A DNA stretch of 56,760 bases from Candidatus Micrarchaeota archaeon (GTDB lineage: Archaea > B1Sed10-29 > JAJSAI01), in contig CAZVAJ010000006.1 in NCBI GenBank assembly GCA_964625085.1, forward strand, positions 2,812 through 59,571, in the 5' to 3' direction. Positions 34,732 through 43,409 of this stretch are shown piece by piece. The notes under the pieces were generated by a model, which was not told where the DNA came from, did no database searches, and saw nothing but the letters and a program-made list of their open reading frames with translations. The position numbers and the translations under genes are program-made. How positions within the stretch are numbered: the first letter of the stretch is position 1; each line of letters begins with the position of its first letter.

Positions 34732-35627
34732 ATCCCTACTGGCTTGCTTCCTTCTATCATGAACATGAATCCTGCTGCCATGACTGGTATTAGGATATAA
34801 ACGAATATTGCGAACAGCACGTTCATGGGTATTCCTATGTTTGTCATTGACCCCATTACTGTTACCATTATCACGAATAGTATGGGGCCTGCTACGAATA
34901 GGGTTATGTATATTTCGGCCATTAGGCTGAGCGTGTCAAGGTACTGTGACTCAACAATCCTCCTTTTTTCCATGAGCTCTTTTGCTTTTCCTACAAGGTA
35001 CTGTCTTAGGTCTCCGCCTGAACGGATTATGGTCACTATTCCCCATAATAAATCCTTGAAGCTTGGGCTTGGGGTCTTGCCTGCGGCTTCTGCTAGGGCG
35101 GTTGTTACGTCATAACCGAATACTTCAATGTTTCTCGCAATTCTCCTGCATTCTTTTGCGACTTCTCCGTACTCTTCAAAGTTTCCCATGAGCTTGAAAA
35201 CAAGCTGGATGGGAACGCCTGTGCCTGCCACGGTTGCCATGTGAGTGACCGCGTACGGCAGGTTAACCTCAATGTTTCTTTTCAGGTTGTCTTTTGCGTA
35301 GCTTGGGTACACTAGGAAGAATACTATCACGCTGCCTGTTGAAATAAATGAGAATAGCATGGACATTAGGAATGCGGCGGATGGAGCAAGCTGTATTACA
35401 TGCAGGAACAGGAAGTTGAACGCCAAGAAAAAGAAGGGTACTGAAAGAACGCAGGTTAACAGCATGCTTGACAGGTATTCTTCAGGGGTTATGTGTAGTC
35501 CTGCTTTTTTGAGGGCTGGTTTTAGGTCTGTTCTGTACTTTTTTGGGAAAAACGTTTCGATGATTCTGCTTCTTGTGAAGATTCGGTACGCAATGACTCT
35601 GTATGATCGGTTTAGGAAGGGCATCAT
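34728..35627 (-). CDS. FlaJ/TadC-type platform protein, first half
   Basis: T2SSF-like domain 'LPYAVTHMATVAGTGVPIQLVFKLMGNFEEYGEVAKECRRIARNIEVFGYDVTTALAEAAGKTPSPSFKDLLWGIVTIIRSGGDLRQYL' plus TM helices. ATGA overlap with the ATPase gene. Confidence 0.7.
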   Translation of the reverse strand: MMPFLNRSYRVIAYRIFTRSRIIETFFPKKYRTDLKPALKKAGLHITPEEYLSSMLLTCVLSVPFFFLAFNFLFLHVIQLAPSAAFLMSMLFSFISTGSVIVFFLVYPSYAKDNLKRNIEVNLPYAVTHMATVAGTGVPIQLVFKLMGNFEEYGEVAKECRRIARNIEVFGYDVTTALAEAAGKTPSPSFKDLLWGIVTIIRSGGDLRQYLVGKAKELMEKRRIVESQYLDTLSLMAEIYITLFVAGPILFVIMVTVMGSMTNIGIPMNVLFAIFVYILIPVMAAGFMFMIEGSKPVGM

Positions 35628-37549
35628 TTTTTCAATTTCCCTCCATACACTTCTTCGAGTACTGATATGGGGTCTTTGTAGTATCTTGCGACTATATTAC
35701 CGACTTCTTTATAGTGCCTGATTCCTTTTTTCCTCATCCAGTTTAGTATGTCCTCTCTTCTTTTCAGTTCTTCCCACACGCTCTTTTCAGGAATGCCCTT
35801 CTCTTCTATTATGCTGTTTATCACGTGGCTTTGGTCTGATGAGAACTCGTAGTAGTCTTTTGACGGGACCCACTTGAACAGCGTGTTTGTTATCAGTTTT
35901 CCTGTTTTGAAGTCTACCCCTACAACTTCTATTAGTGATTTTATTCTTCTCACGTCAACTCCCTTTATGCGTGAGTGCTGGAGTATGATTATTATGTCAA
36001 GGTGTTGAAGCAGTCCTGGAGAAAGGTTTATGGGTGGCGTGATCAGCCTGTTGACTACTGCTTCGAAGGATTCTGCGTGCAGGGTCGCCATTCCAGGGTG
36101 GCCGGTTGCCATTCCTTGGAACAGCACGTATGCTTCTTTACCCCTCACCTCTCCCACGATGATTTCTTCAGGCCTTTCTCTTAACGCGGCTCTCAGCAGG
36201 TCAAACATGCTTACAGATCCTCTTTCTGTAGGGCCATAGCCCGGTCTTGCTACTTTTGCTATCCAGTGTTCGTGAGGGAGCCTGAGCTCTGGAGTGTCTT
36301 CTATGCTTACTATTTTTGTTTCAGGGTGTAGGAAGAGGCACAGCGCGTTAAGCAGGCTTGTTTTTCCTGTTGCGGTCCCTCCGGACACAAGAATTGAGTT
36401 TCTGAATTCTATTGACAGCCAGAGGTATGCTCCAATGGTTGCTGGCAGGGTGCCGTAGTTCATGAGGTCTACTACTGTTAGGGGATCTTTGGTGAACTTT
36501 CTTATCGTGAAAGTGCTTCCTCTCATTGCAATGTCTCCGCCTGCAGAGAACGTGGCCTGAACCCTGCTTCCGTCAGGAAGTGCTCCGTTCATCAGGGGTT
36601 CTGCGATTGAGATGTGTTTCCCGCACCTTTGGGCCAGTTTAATTGTGAATGAGTTTAGTTCGTCAGGATCAGTGAACATTATATTGGTTTTCAGGGATCC
36701 GTACTTTCTGTGGAACACGTATATGGGGATGTTGACCCCGTCGCAGGAAATATCTTCTATGTTCTCGTCCTGCATTAACGGTTCTATCTTTTCCAGTCCA
36801 AGAAAGTCCCTGTACACGTAGTATAGTATTTTATTGTACGTGACTTCAGTCAGCCGTATGTCATAGTCTGAGATAATCTGGTCAAGTTTGTCTTTTAGGT
36901 ATCCCTTCACTTTTGACGGGTCTTTTATTTCCATTAGGTTTATGTCAAGGAGGTCTATTACCAGGTCCTTTATTCTCGTCAGGTTTTCTGCTTCTTCTTT
37001 TGTTAGGGGTGGTTCTAGTACATAGTAGTTCAGTTCATGTGCTTTCTCGTTCCATTTTATTACAGCATAAGCGTACGGTTCTATGAGGGGGTATCTCACG
37101 TCTATTGTTTTCAGTTCAGGAGGCTTCCATTGTGAGGGTATCACCCTCCTTTTCTCTTCTTTCGGGAGTTTGTGTTCTTTGAAGGGCATGCCCCTGACTT
37201 TCTGAGCGCCTTCTGTTTCTTCTTCTCTTTTTATCTCTTCAGTTACTTTGGGAAACTCTATCACTACAGGCTTTTTGGATTCTGGTTTCTTGCTTTTAGT
37301 CTTTTTCACGCCGCCTATTTTCTCTTTTATGTCCTCCACTCTTTTTTCTTCTATTTCCTCTCCTGTTATCCTCTGAAGTTCTTTTAGGTAGTCTGTTTCA
37401 GATACTGTTTCTGCCTCTCCTTTTGCCCATTCAGGATACTCTTCTTCAACTCCCACTTTGGCCATTTTTACCCATTTGCCTACTTTCTCCTCTTCTGGCG
37501 CCGGCCACTCGCGCAATAGTTTCCTGAGTTTGTTTTTAGACAGAGGCAC
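35624..37549 (-). CDS. FlaI-like archaeal type-IV-filament assembly ATPase with K/E-rich N-terminal extension
   Basis: ATPase motifs: Walker A 'VSGGTATGKTSLLNAL', 'IVSIEDTPELRLPHEHW', Walker B 'IIVGEVRGKEA' and 'GHPGMATLHAES'. The FlaI-type N-domain 'YPLIEPYAYAVIKWNEKAHELNYYVLEPPLTKEE' is present. GTG start with a G-run 5 nt upstream. Confidence 0.9.
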   Translation of the reverse strand: MPLSKNKLRKLLREWPAPEEEKVGKWVKMAKVGVEEEYPEWAKGEAETVSETDYLKELQRITGEEIEEKRVEDIKEKIGGVKKTKSKKPESKKPVVIEFPKVTEEIKREEETEGAQKVRGMPFKEHKLPKEEKRRVIPSQWKPPELKTIDVRYPLIEPYAYAVIKWNEKAHELNYYVLEPPLTKEEAENLTRIKDLVIDLLDINLMEIKDPSKVKGYLKDKLDQIISDYDIRLTEVTYNKILYYVYRDFLGLEKIEPLMQDENIEDISCDGVNIPIYVFHRKYGSLKTNIMFTDPDELNSFTIKLAQRCGKHISIAEPLMNGALPDGSRVQATFSAGGDIAMRGSTFTIRKFTKDPLTVVDLMNYGTLPATIGAYLWLSIEFRNSILVSGGTATGKTSLLNALCLFLHPETKIVSIEDTPELRLPHEHWIAKVARPGYGPTERGSVSMFDLLRAALRERPEEIIVGEVRGKEAYVLFQGMATGHPGMATLHAESFEAVVNRLITPPINLSPGLLQHLDIIIILQHSRIKGVDVRRIKSLIEVVGVDFKTGKLITNTLFKWVPSKDYYEFSSDQSHVINSIIEEKGIPEKSVWEELKRREDILNWMRKKGIRHYKEVGNIVARYYKDPISVLEEVYGGKLKK

Positions 37550-37982
37550 AGTATCCCCCCAGTGTTATGCTCCAGGTTCCATTGTTTTGTGCTTTTATGC
37601 ATGTTTCTCCTGGGCTGAGTTCTCCGTTAAAACTAAGCCCACTGCAGTTTAAATTATCTGATGCCGTGAAGTTTTCACTGCTGCCCAGAACAGTTGCTAG
37701 GATCATGACCGTGTTATTGTTCCTGCACTGTGCGCTTATCCTGTATTCTCTTTCAAGGTTCGGGAGAGAAACTCTTGATTCATAGTACGTTTGATTGTTT
37801 CTTGTGATCATTATCGCGTTCAGCACTATTTCTTGCACCTCTTTTGTTATGTCTTCCATTACTATCTCCCTCTGTACTGCTTTCATATCTTGTACGTGGG
37901 CATTGAAGACAAACCACACGCTTACGGTCATGGACATTAATAGCACAATCCTTAGCACCATTCCAACACTGAATACAGCCAA
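37536..37982 (-). CDS. N-terminally anchored protein (pilin-like accessory?)
   Basis: 148-aa ORF with an N-terminal hydrophobic helix 'VGMVLRIVLLMSMTVSVWFVF'. No clear [KR]G cleavage motif. It sits between the pilin and the ATPase. Confidence 0.45.
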   Translation of the reverse strand: MAVFSVGMVLRIVLLMSMTVSVWFVFNAHVQDMKAVQREIVMEDITKEVQEIVLNAIMITRNNQTYYESRVSLPNLEREYRISAQCRNNNTVMILATVLGSSENFTASDNLNCSGLSFNGELSPGETCIKAQNNGTWSITLGGYCASV

Positions 37983-37995
37983 TTTTCAACCTCCT

Positions 37996-38589
37996 TTAGC
38001 ATAAGTCTACTGAAAGCACGGGCTTTCCTGCCGTGATATTAACTTTTCTGAGCACGATTGTAGTGCTGGGGCCTGTTTTTCCTTTAGCGCAGTTTCCTCC
38101 CCACACGATGTCCACATTAGGCAAGCATACTGAAAATTCTATTTCTCCTGGTCCAGGACCTGCTGCTCCTTGGTATAATGTCTGATACTCATTAACACGG
38201 TACATTGTTATTCCAGTAGTGTTGTCAAGAAGGTAATCGTAACCACAGCTCTCGTTAGCGCTTCCGTTTGCTTTTCCTATGACTGTTGCTTCTTGGGTGA
38301 GGGTCAGGGTAATGCGGTCGTGGTCAGGGTCTACCAGTAGGTACGGGCTGACATAGTTGTGAGTGGGGTGGTAGAAGTACACCCTGCTGGTAAAGTTCTC
38401 ATCGCCTCTTGCGGTTTCTTTCATTATGTTTTCAAGCGTGGCCATTTGGTTGTAGTATCCTTTTATTCTGCCTTCTTCTCCCAGCCCTTCTATGCTGGCT
38501 GACGCCCACGTGTATGTGGCGATAGTGAATATAACAAGCAGTGCGATTGATAGTACGAATGACACGGTCGGAGAAACTCCCTTTTGCAT
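37996..38589 (-). CDS. archaeal type IV pilin-like protein (Pilin_N / former DUF1628-type N-terminus)
   Basis: Starting at ATG 38589 the N-terminus is 'MQKGVSPTVSFVLSIALLVIFTIATYTW'. This closely resembles the conserved 'KGVSPVI..VLL.AI.V' archaeal pilin N-terminus. It is the first gene of the cluster. Confidence 0.7.
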   Translation of the reverse strand: MQKGVSPTVSFVLSIALLVIFTIATYTWASASIEGLGEEGRIKGYYNQMATLENIMKETARGDENFTSRVYFYHPTHNYVSPYLLVDPDHDRITLTLTQEATVIGKANGSANESCGYDYLLDNTTGITMYRVNEYQTLYQGAAGPGPGEIEFSVCLPNVDIVWGGNCAKGKTGPSTTIVLRKVNITAGKPVLSVDLC

Positions 38590-38611
38590 AAACACTTAAA
38601 AACAATGCGGA

Positions 38612-38620
38612 TTTATTAAA
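38612..38620. promoter_or_regulatory. shared palindromic TATA-like element in a divergent intergenic region
   Basis: TTTATTAAA lies 22 nt from minus-strand ATG 38589 and 32 nt from plus-strand ATG 38653. Confidence 0.4.
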
Positions 38621-38652
38621 GGTTACCTAAAGGGAATAAACAGTGAAGCACG

Positions 38653-39318
38653 ATGGTTCTTAATACTGTTGGATTTATTCCAGACGGGAACAGAAGGTAT
38701 GCTAAGAAGTCAAGCGTAAGCCTGATGGAAGCTTATTCTAAAGGGTTTGAAAACGCGGAGAACGTGCTTGACTGGTGTGAAGAAACAGGAGTGAAAAATG
38801 TTATACTCTGGGGGTTCTCTACAGAAAATTTTTACCGGTCAGAGGAAGAGAAGGAGCTTCTGTTCTCTCTTTTCCCAGAATACCTTAAGAGAATGCATGA
38901 TTCTGAGAAACTGGTGCAGAGGAAGGCCAGGGTGCATTTTGCAGGGGTCCCTGATTTTCTTGAACATGAAAACATTAGAGGCTGGGTGAAGAAAATAGAG
39001 GCCAAGACCTCTGGTTTTGATTCAGGCAAAAATATTTACATATGTTTAGGGTATGGCGGAAGGAAAGAGCTTTTTGACGTTTTCAGAAGGAATTCTTTTG
39101 GTTCAGAAGAAGAGGTTCTTAAGAGGCTGTGGGTGCCTGTGGAGCCTGATCTTATAATACGGACAGGAGGGTACCAGCGGCTTTCTGGGTTCATGCTCTG
39201 GCAGTCTGCATACTCGGAACTGTATTTTACCAAGAAGCTGTGGCCTGAGTTCGGGAAGAACGACTTTGAAAAAGCCGTAGAATTTTATAACAGTTCTAAA
39301 CGGAACTTCGGCGTTTAA
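38653..39318 (+). CDS. uppS: cis-prenyltransferase (undecaprenyl-diphosphate-synthase family)
   Basis: Family motifs 'GFIPDGNRRYAKK', 'GFSTENFYRSEEE' and 'IIRTGGYQRLSGFMLWQSAYSELYFTKKLWPEF' are present. Confidence 0.85.
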   Translation: MVLNTVGFIPDGNRRYAKKSSVSLMEAYSKGFENAENVLDWCEETGVKNVILWGFSTENFYRSEEEKELLFSLFPEYLKRMHDSEKLVQRKARVHFAGVPDFLEHENIRGWVKKIEAKTSGFDSGKNIYICLGYGGRKELFDVFRRNSFGSEEEVLKRLWVPVEPDLIIRTGGYQRLSGFMLWQSAYSELYFTKKLWPEFGKNDFEKAVEFYNSSKRNFGV

Positions 39319-40331
39319 AACAGGGATAATAGCATTACTTTTTTGCCAAGGTATCTTTTGACCATTGATCCCACGTGGTCCATGTCTCCTTCTTCTTCAG
39401 CAATTTTTTTGAAGCCCAATTTTTCTGCCAGGCCCAGTGCTCTGTCAGGACCCATCTTATCAATCAGTTTTCTGACCTTGGCGTGTGCTTTAAGATCAGT
39501 TGCATACATTTCATTAAACCGTTTTTCGTACCACTGTAAGTTGTTTTTTTCTACAGCGTCTGCCAGCAGCCTTGCGCTCTTGCACCCGAATACTATTCCC
39601 CCTCCTGTTGTATTCTTGATTTGGCCTGCTGCCTCTCCTACTAGTGCCATTCCATCAAAGACTATTTTGTGCCCTGTGTACAATGATATGACGCCTGCTT
39701 GGGCGTTAGACCATTCTTTTATTTTTATTGGCCGGGCGAACTGGTTGAACAGCAGGCGGGCGTTGCTTTTTCTTGTCCCGATCCCTATCCTTGCTTCTTT
39801 CTCGTTCTTTGGGATCACCCACGCGAAGAACCCTGGAGCAAAATCACCGAAGTACAAGTGCACGTACTCAGGGTCTATCTTTTCTTCAAGAACCGCGTCA
39901 ATCTGGTACGTGAAAACGAACTTGTTTTTCTTCACGCCCATGGCTCTTGCTACTTCAGACAAGGCCCCGTCAGCCCCGATTACGGGCATGTTAGGGTCAG
40001 GGTGACCTTTCCACACTGCTCCAAACCGTATTTTTGCGCCTTTTGATTCTGCTTCTTCCAGCAGGATCCTGTGCATCCTGTCCCTGTCAAGCACTGCAGC
40101 CTGCGCTGACTTTCTTTCTATAACCAGGTCCCGGTTCTTCGTGTGAAACTTGGCTCCTCTGACATAGTTTAGTACGCATTCCTTCCAAGGAAGATTAGTA
40201 GACCTGAGGCCGGTCAGGGAAACAAGTCCAGAGCACGGTTTGGGCTTGACCTCCTTGTTCTTTTCCCAGACTTCTACACTTCCTAAACGGGAAGCTAAGT
40301 AAAGCCCGACTATTCCTGCTCCTACGATCAA
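39315..40331 (-). CDS. geranylgeranyl-reductase-family FAD-dependent oxidoreductase
   Basis: N-terminal Rossmann motif 'IVGAGIVGLYLASRL' and the late motif 'LVGEAAGQIKNTTGGGI'. TTG start, with a stop three codons upstream. The N-terminus is unusually short. Confidence 0.7.
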   Translation of the reverse strand: MIVGAGIVGLYLASRLGSVEVWEKNKEVKPKPCSGLVSLTGLRSTNLPWKECVLNYVRGAKFHTKNRDLVIERKSAQAAVLDRDRMHRILLEEAESKGAKIRFGAVWKGHPDPNMPVIGADGALSEVARAMGVKKNKFVFTYQIDAVLEEKIDPEYVHLYFGDFAPGFFAWVIPKNEKEARIGIGTRKSNARLLFNQFARPIKIKEWSNAQAGVISLYTGHKIVFDGMALVGEAAGQIKNTTGGGIVFGCKSARLLADAVEKNNLQWYEKRFNEMYATDLKAHAKVRKLIDKMGPDRALGLAEKLGFKKIAEEEGDMDHVGSMVKRYLGKKVMLLSLF

Positions 40332-40442
40332 AAAAGTTCACCCGGCCGAACGAGTAACAGTTATTTTGGCTTTAGGGGTTTAAAAAACCAGCCCCAGCAT
40401 CCTACTGCTATTTTGGCATTCATGAGTTCCAAATTAATTGAT

Positions 40443-40466
40443 TTTGGCACTTGCTAGTGCCAAAAC
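40443..40466 (-). terminator. perfect 9-bp stem / 6-nt loop hairpin spanning the PHP-gene stop codon
   Basis: TTTTGGCAC-ttgcta-GTGCCAAAA. The stop codon (40454-40456) sits in the loop. The hairpin is the last of three ATTTTGGC copies in this 122-nt spacer. Confidence 0.3.
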
Positions 40467-41128
40467 TGCCTGAATATTTTGTGCGTTCCTGACAAGATCC
40501 TCAGTCCAGCGCTCCTGTACTCTCCTTCCACACTCACCCTTTTTCCCAGGATTTCTTTTTTCAACCTTTCAAGATCGTCAGCATCAGCTATAAGTCTTCC
40601 CATGCCAACCTGTTGGGGGACGTGAGCATCGCTTCCTGCTGTTACAGGAAGATTTTGCTCTTTTGCGAAGTCCGCGGCAAGCTCGTCAAAAGCAGGGTCC
40701 TTGGAATGTGAGTTGAACACTTCTACTGCATCATAATATCCCAAGAACTCTTTTGCTTTTTCCCCTATTCCGTACCTGTAGACATCAAACGGGTGAGCGA
40801 TCGAGACGATCCCTCCCTGTCTTTTCACTTCTTCGTACAACTCCGGCAGGCTCATTGTTTTCACTGGCTCCTGCAGGAACAGGCATAGTACATGGCCCAA
40901 TGGAGTTCCAAGCTCATTTTCTGCACTTATTTCTACTCCTGGAATGAACAAAACACCAGTTTTCTTGCTCCACTCTCTTGCTTTTTCCCATGCTCTGCAG
41001 GAATCGTGGTCTGTTACAGCAACAGCGCCCAAGCCCCTTTTTTTGGCTGCTTTGAACACGCTCGAGACTCTTGCCATGGAGTCAGGGGAGTATATGGTGT
41101 GCACGTGCAGGTCTGCTATCACTTCCAC
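40454..41128 (-). CDS. PHP-family metal-dependent phosphoesterase
   Basis: 'ADLHVHTIYSPDS', 'VAVTDHDS', 'IAHPF' and 'AGSDAH' motifs are present. Confidence 0.8.
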   Translation of the reverse strand: MEVIADLHVHTIYSPDSMARVSSVFKAAKKRGLGAVAVTDHDSCRAWEKAREWSKKTGVLFIPGVEISAENELGTPLGHVLCLFLQEPVKTMSLPELYEEVKRQGGIVSIAHPFDVYRYGIGEKAKEFLGYYDAVEVFNSHSKDPAFDELAADFAKEQNLPVTAGSDAHVPQQVGMGRLIADADDLERLKKEILGKRVSVEGEYRSAGLRILSGTHKIFRQFWH

Positions 41129-42498
41129 ATCTTCCTCCGGATTTCTTCAAGGGACAGGCATTTTGCTTCCTCTGTTTTCTTTTTGAACGATCTGCTGAAT
41201 ACTACGTGTTCTTTTTTCCAGTCAGAGGGCAATGGCATGCTCTCGCTTTTTTCTTTTAGTTCTTTTAGCACCCTCTCCGCGTTTACGTTGTCTTTCCATT
41301 TGCACTCTCCTAATAATATTTTCTTTTTCTGGCGTGACACTGCTACAAGATCCACCTCCGTGCTCTTGTGCCACCACGAACCTACTTCCGAGTACTCGTT
41401 GAAACCGAGCCACGGGAGAGACTCTTTTACAAGTTCTTCGAATTTTTCTCCCAAATAATATTTTATGTCCTCTTTTATTCGGACAGTAACTTCTTTCAAG
41501 CGCCCTATTTCAAGGTCCTGCTCGTTGGAGTACACGTACCTGAGCCAAAAGTGCACGAAATTGTCTCCCAGACCATACCTTCTGTTTCTTGACTTGAGTT
41601 TGCCCTTGTATGTTAGTAGGGCAGGAGTTTTTCTTACTACCATACCAATGCCTTCCAGGATATGTAGGTACTTTGATATCATGCTCTTGTCTAGGCCCGT
41701 TTCTGCTTTTATTCTTTCAAAAGAGTTTGCCCCTGCTGCTATGGCAGAAAGAATTGACAGGTAGTTAGCAGGGTCACGTAGTTCTTTTCTTAAAAGTATT
41801 GGGACTTCTTCGTAAAAGTATCCTCCTTTTGAGAGCATTTGCTCTCGAATATTCTCCCATGGCCTTTTTTTTGGATCAAATTTGGTCAGATACCCTGGTA
41901 TCATGTCCAACGTGGCGTAGGTTAGCACGAGCTCTTCAGGAGAGTACCCTGGAAAGAACTTGTTCAAGAAGCTTGTCTGGATTTTGGTTACCTTCCACTG
42001 GCCAGTTCTTCTGCCGTATAAGGGGCTCTTGTAGTCAAGAGCATGTTTTTCCATCATACTGATTGAAGATCCGCAAAGGATCAATACTGCCTTTGTTTTT
42101 GCCAGCCTTTCATCCCATGCTTCTTGAAGTAGTGACGGGAAGGAAGGAAAGTTTTCCACCAGGAACGGGAATTCATCTATTATTAGGCACCCTTTCTCTG
42201 CTAGGTACTTTTTTTCTATCCAGTCAAGAAATTTTTCTATTCTGTTAATCTCAGAACCTGTTAGTTTGCTCAGTCTTTTCAGGGTGTTTTCAGAGGACTC
42301 TACCCCACCCAGAAAGTATGTTGCGTTCTTGCCTTCCATGAACTTCTTGAGGAGGGTGGTCTTGCCTATTCTTCTTCTTCCGTATAATACTATTAATTCT
42401 GCCTTGTCTGACCTGTATTTCTCGTCCAAAAAGTTTAGTTCTTCTTTCCGGTCTATAAACTTGTGCTGTATACTCATAAGTATATACTTATGATTCAA
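41119..42498 (-). CDS. archaeal-type ATPase (AAA, Arch_ATPase + DUF234-like C-terminus)
   Basis: 'FIDRKEELNFLDEKYRSDKAELIVLYGRRRIGKTTLLKKF' (Walker A) and 'LIIDEFPFL' (Walker B). The C-terminal region has 'VDLVAVSRQKKKILLGECKW', which is typical of DUF234. Confidence 0.8.
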   Translation of the reverse strand: MNHKYILMSIQHKFIDRKEELNFLDEKYRSDKAELIVLYGRRRIGKTTLLKKFMEGKNATYFLGGVESSENTLKRLSKLTGSEINRIEKFLDWIEKKYLAEKGCLIIDEFPFLVENFPSFPSLLQEAWDERLAKTKAVLILCGSSISMMEKHALDYKSPLYGRRTGQWKVTKIQTSFLNKFFPGYSPEELVLTYATLDMIPGYLTKFDPKKRPWENIREQMLSKGGYFYEEVPILLRKELRDPANYLSILSAIAAGANSFERIKAETGLDKSMISKYLHILEGIGMVVRKTPALLTYKGKLKSRNRRYGLGDNFVHFWLRYVYSNEQDLEIGRLKEVTVRIKEDIKYYLGEKFEELVKESLPWLGFNEYSEVGSWWHKSTEVDLVAVSRQKKKILLGECKWKDNVNAERVLKELKEKSESMPLPSDWKKEHVVFSRSFKKKTEEAKCLSLEEIRRKMWK

Positions 42499-42502
42499 CT
42501 AT

Positions 42503-43378
42503 TTAACTCTTTTGGTCTTTCCATTCCCTGACCTTTTCCAGCGTGTCAACCTGCTTGTATCCCAGGTCTTTTAATCCCTCTTTTGTTTCCAGTATCCTGT
42601 CTTTGAAAAGGTATCTCGCGAACTCAGGCGTCAACGGCGGGTTTTTCCCCACAGCATTCCACATGATTCGTGCAGGGTATCCTGCTAGCACAAGGGGAAA
42701 AGAAAACACTCTTGGCAGTATCACCGCAGGCCTTGGCCTTGCCAGTTCCTTGTAAAAGTCTCTTGCTTTGACAGGCCTCTTGTCCCCAACTTCATATACT
42801 TTGTTTTTCCCTTTTTCTACTGCATTAGCCAGGGCTTCTGCTGCGCTTTTTTTCCAGGACAGGTGCAGAGTCTGGTTTCCGCAGGGGATAGGCAGCCAAG
42901 TGAGCCTTTTTATCCTTTTCAGCACCTGGGCATCGTAAACGAGCCCGAACCTGAGCACAGGCAATTTCATACCTTGATCCCGCGCGCTCATAACAATCCT
43001 TTCACACTCTCTTTTCGCGCGTGCATAAGGCGTTTCAGAGTCAAGGCGTACAGCAATACTGCTCGCGTGCACGAATGCTTCCATTCCTTCTTCCAAGCAT
43101 GCTTTGACCATGTTTTCTGTTCCTTTCACGGTCACCCGGTAGTGCTCCTGGTACGGTCTGTTGTGGCCTTTGAGTTTTGCCAGGTGGATCACAGCATCAA
43201 CGCCTTTGACAGCTCTCCTCGCATCAGTTGGGTCCGCGAAATTTCCCTGCACCACTTTGCACCCCGGAATGCTCACGTCCCGCCTGGACAGTATCCTGAC
43301 AGAGTGCCCTCTGTTCAAAAGAATTGGAATGAGCTCCTTGCCCAGGAACCCCGTGCCACCGGTGATGAGAATTCTCAT
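42503..43378 (-). CDS. NAD-dependent epimerase/dehydratase (SDR)
   Basis: 'MRILITGGTGFLGKELIPILLNRGHSV' and the catalytic 'YARAK' (YxxxK). Confidence 0.75.
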   Translation of the reverse strand: MRILITGGTGFLGKELIPILLNRGHSVRILSRRDVSIPGCKVVQGNFADPTDARRAVKGVDAVIHLAKLKGHNRPYQEHYRVTVKGTENMVKACLEEGMEAFVHASSIAVRLDSETPYARAKRECERIVMSARDQGMKLPVLRFGLVYDAQVLKRIKRLTWLPIPCGNQTLHLSWKKSAAEALANAVEKGKNKVYEVGDKRPVKARDFYKELARPRPAVILPRVFSFPLVLAGYPARIMWNAVGKNPPLTPEFARYLFKDRILETKEGLKDLGYKQVDTLEKVREWKDQKS

Positions 43379-43409
43379 AATGCTTCCTCTTTTTGTATGG
43401 ACTATCTAG

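Noticed and set aside
40332-40453. A small RNA gene (tRNA or C/D-box sRNA) in the longest intergenic spacer.
   Set aside because: There is no T-loop (GTTC-A-TC) or acceptor pairing. There is no canonical C box (RUGAUGA), and only a lone CTGA. Promoter and terminator elements explain the region better.
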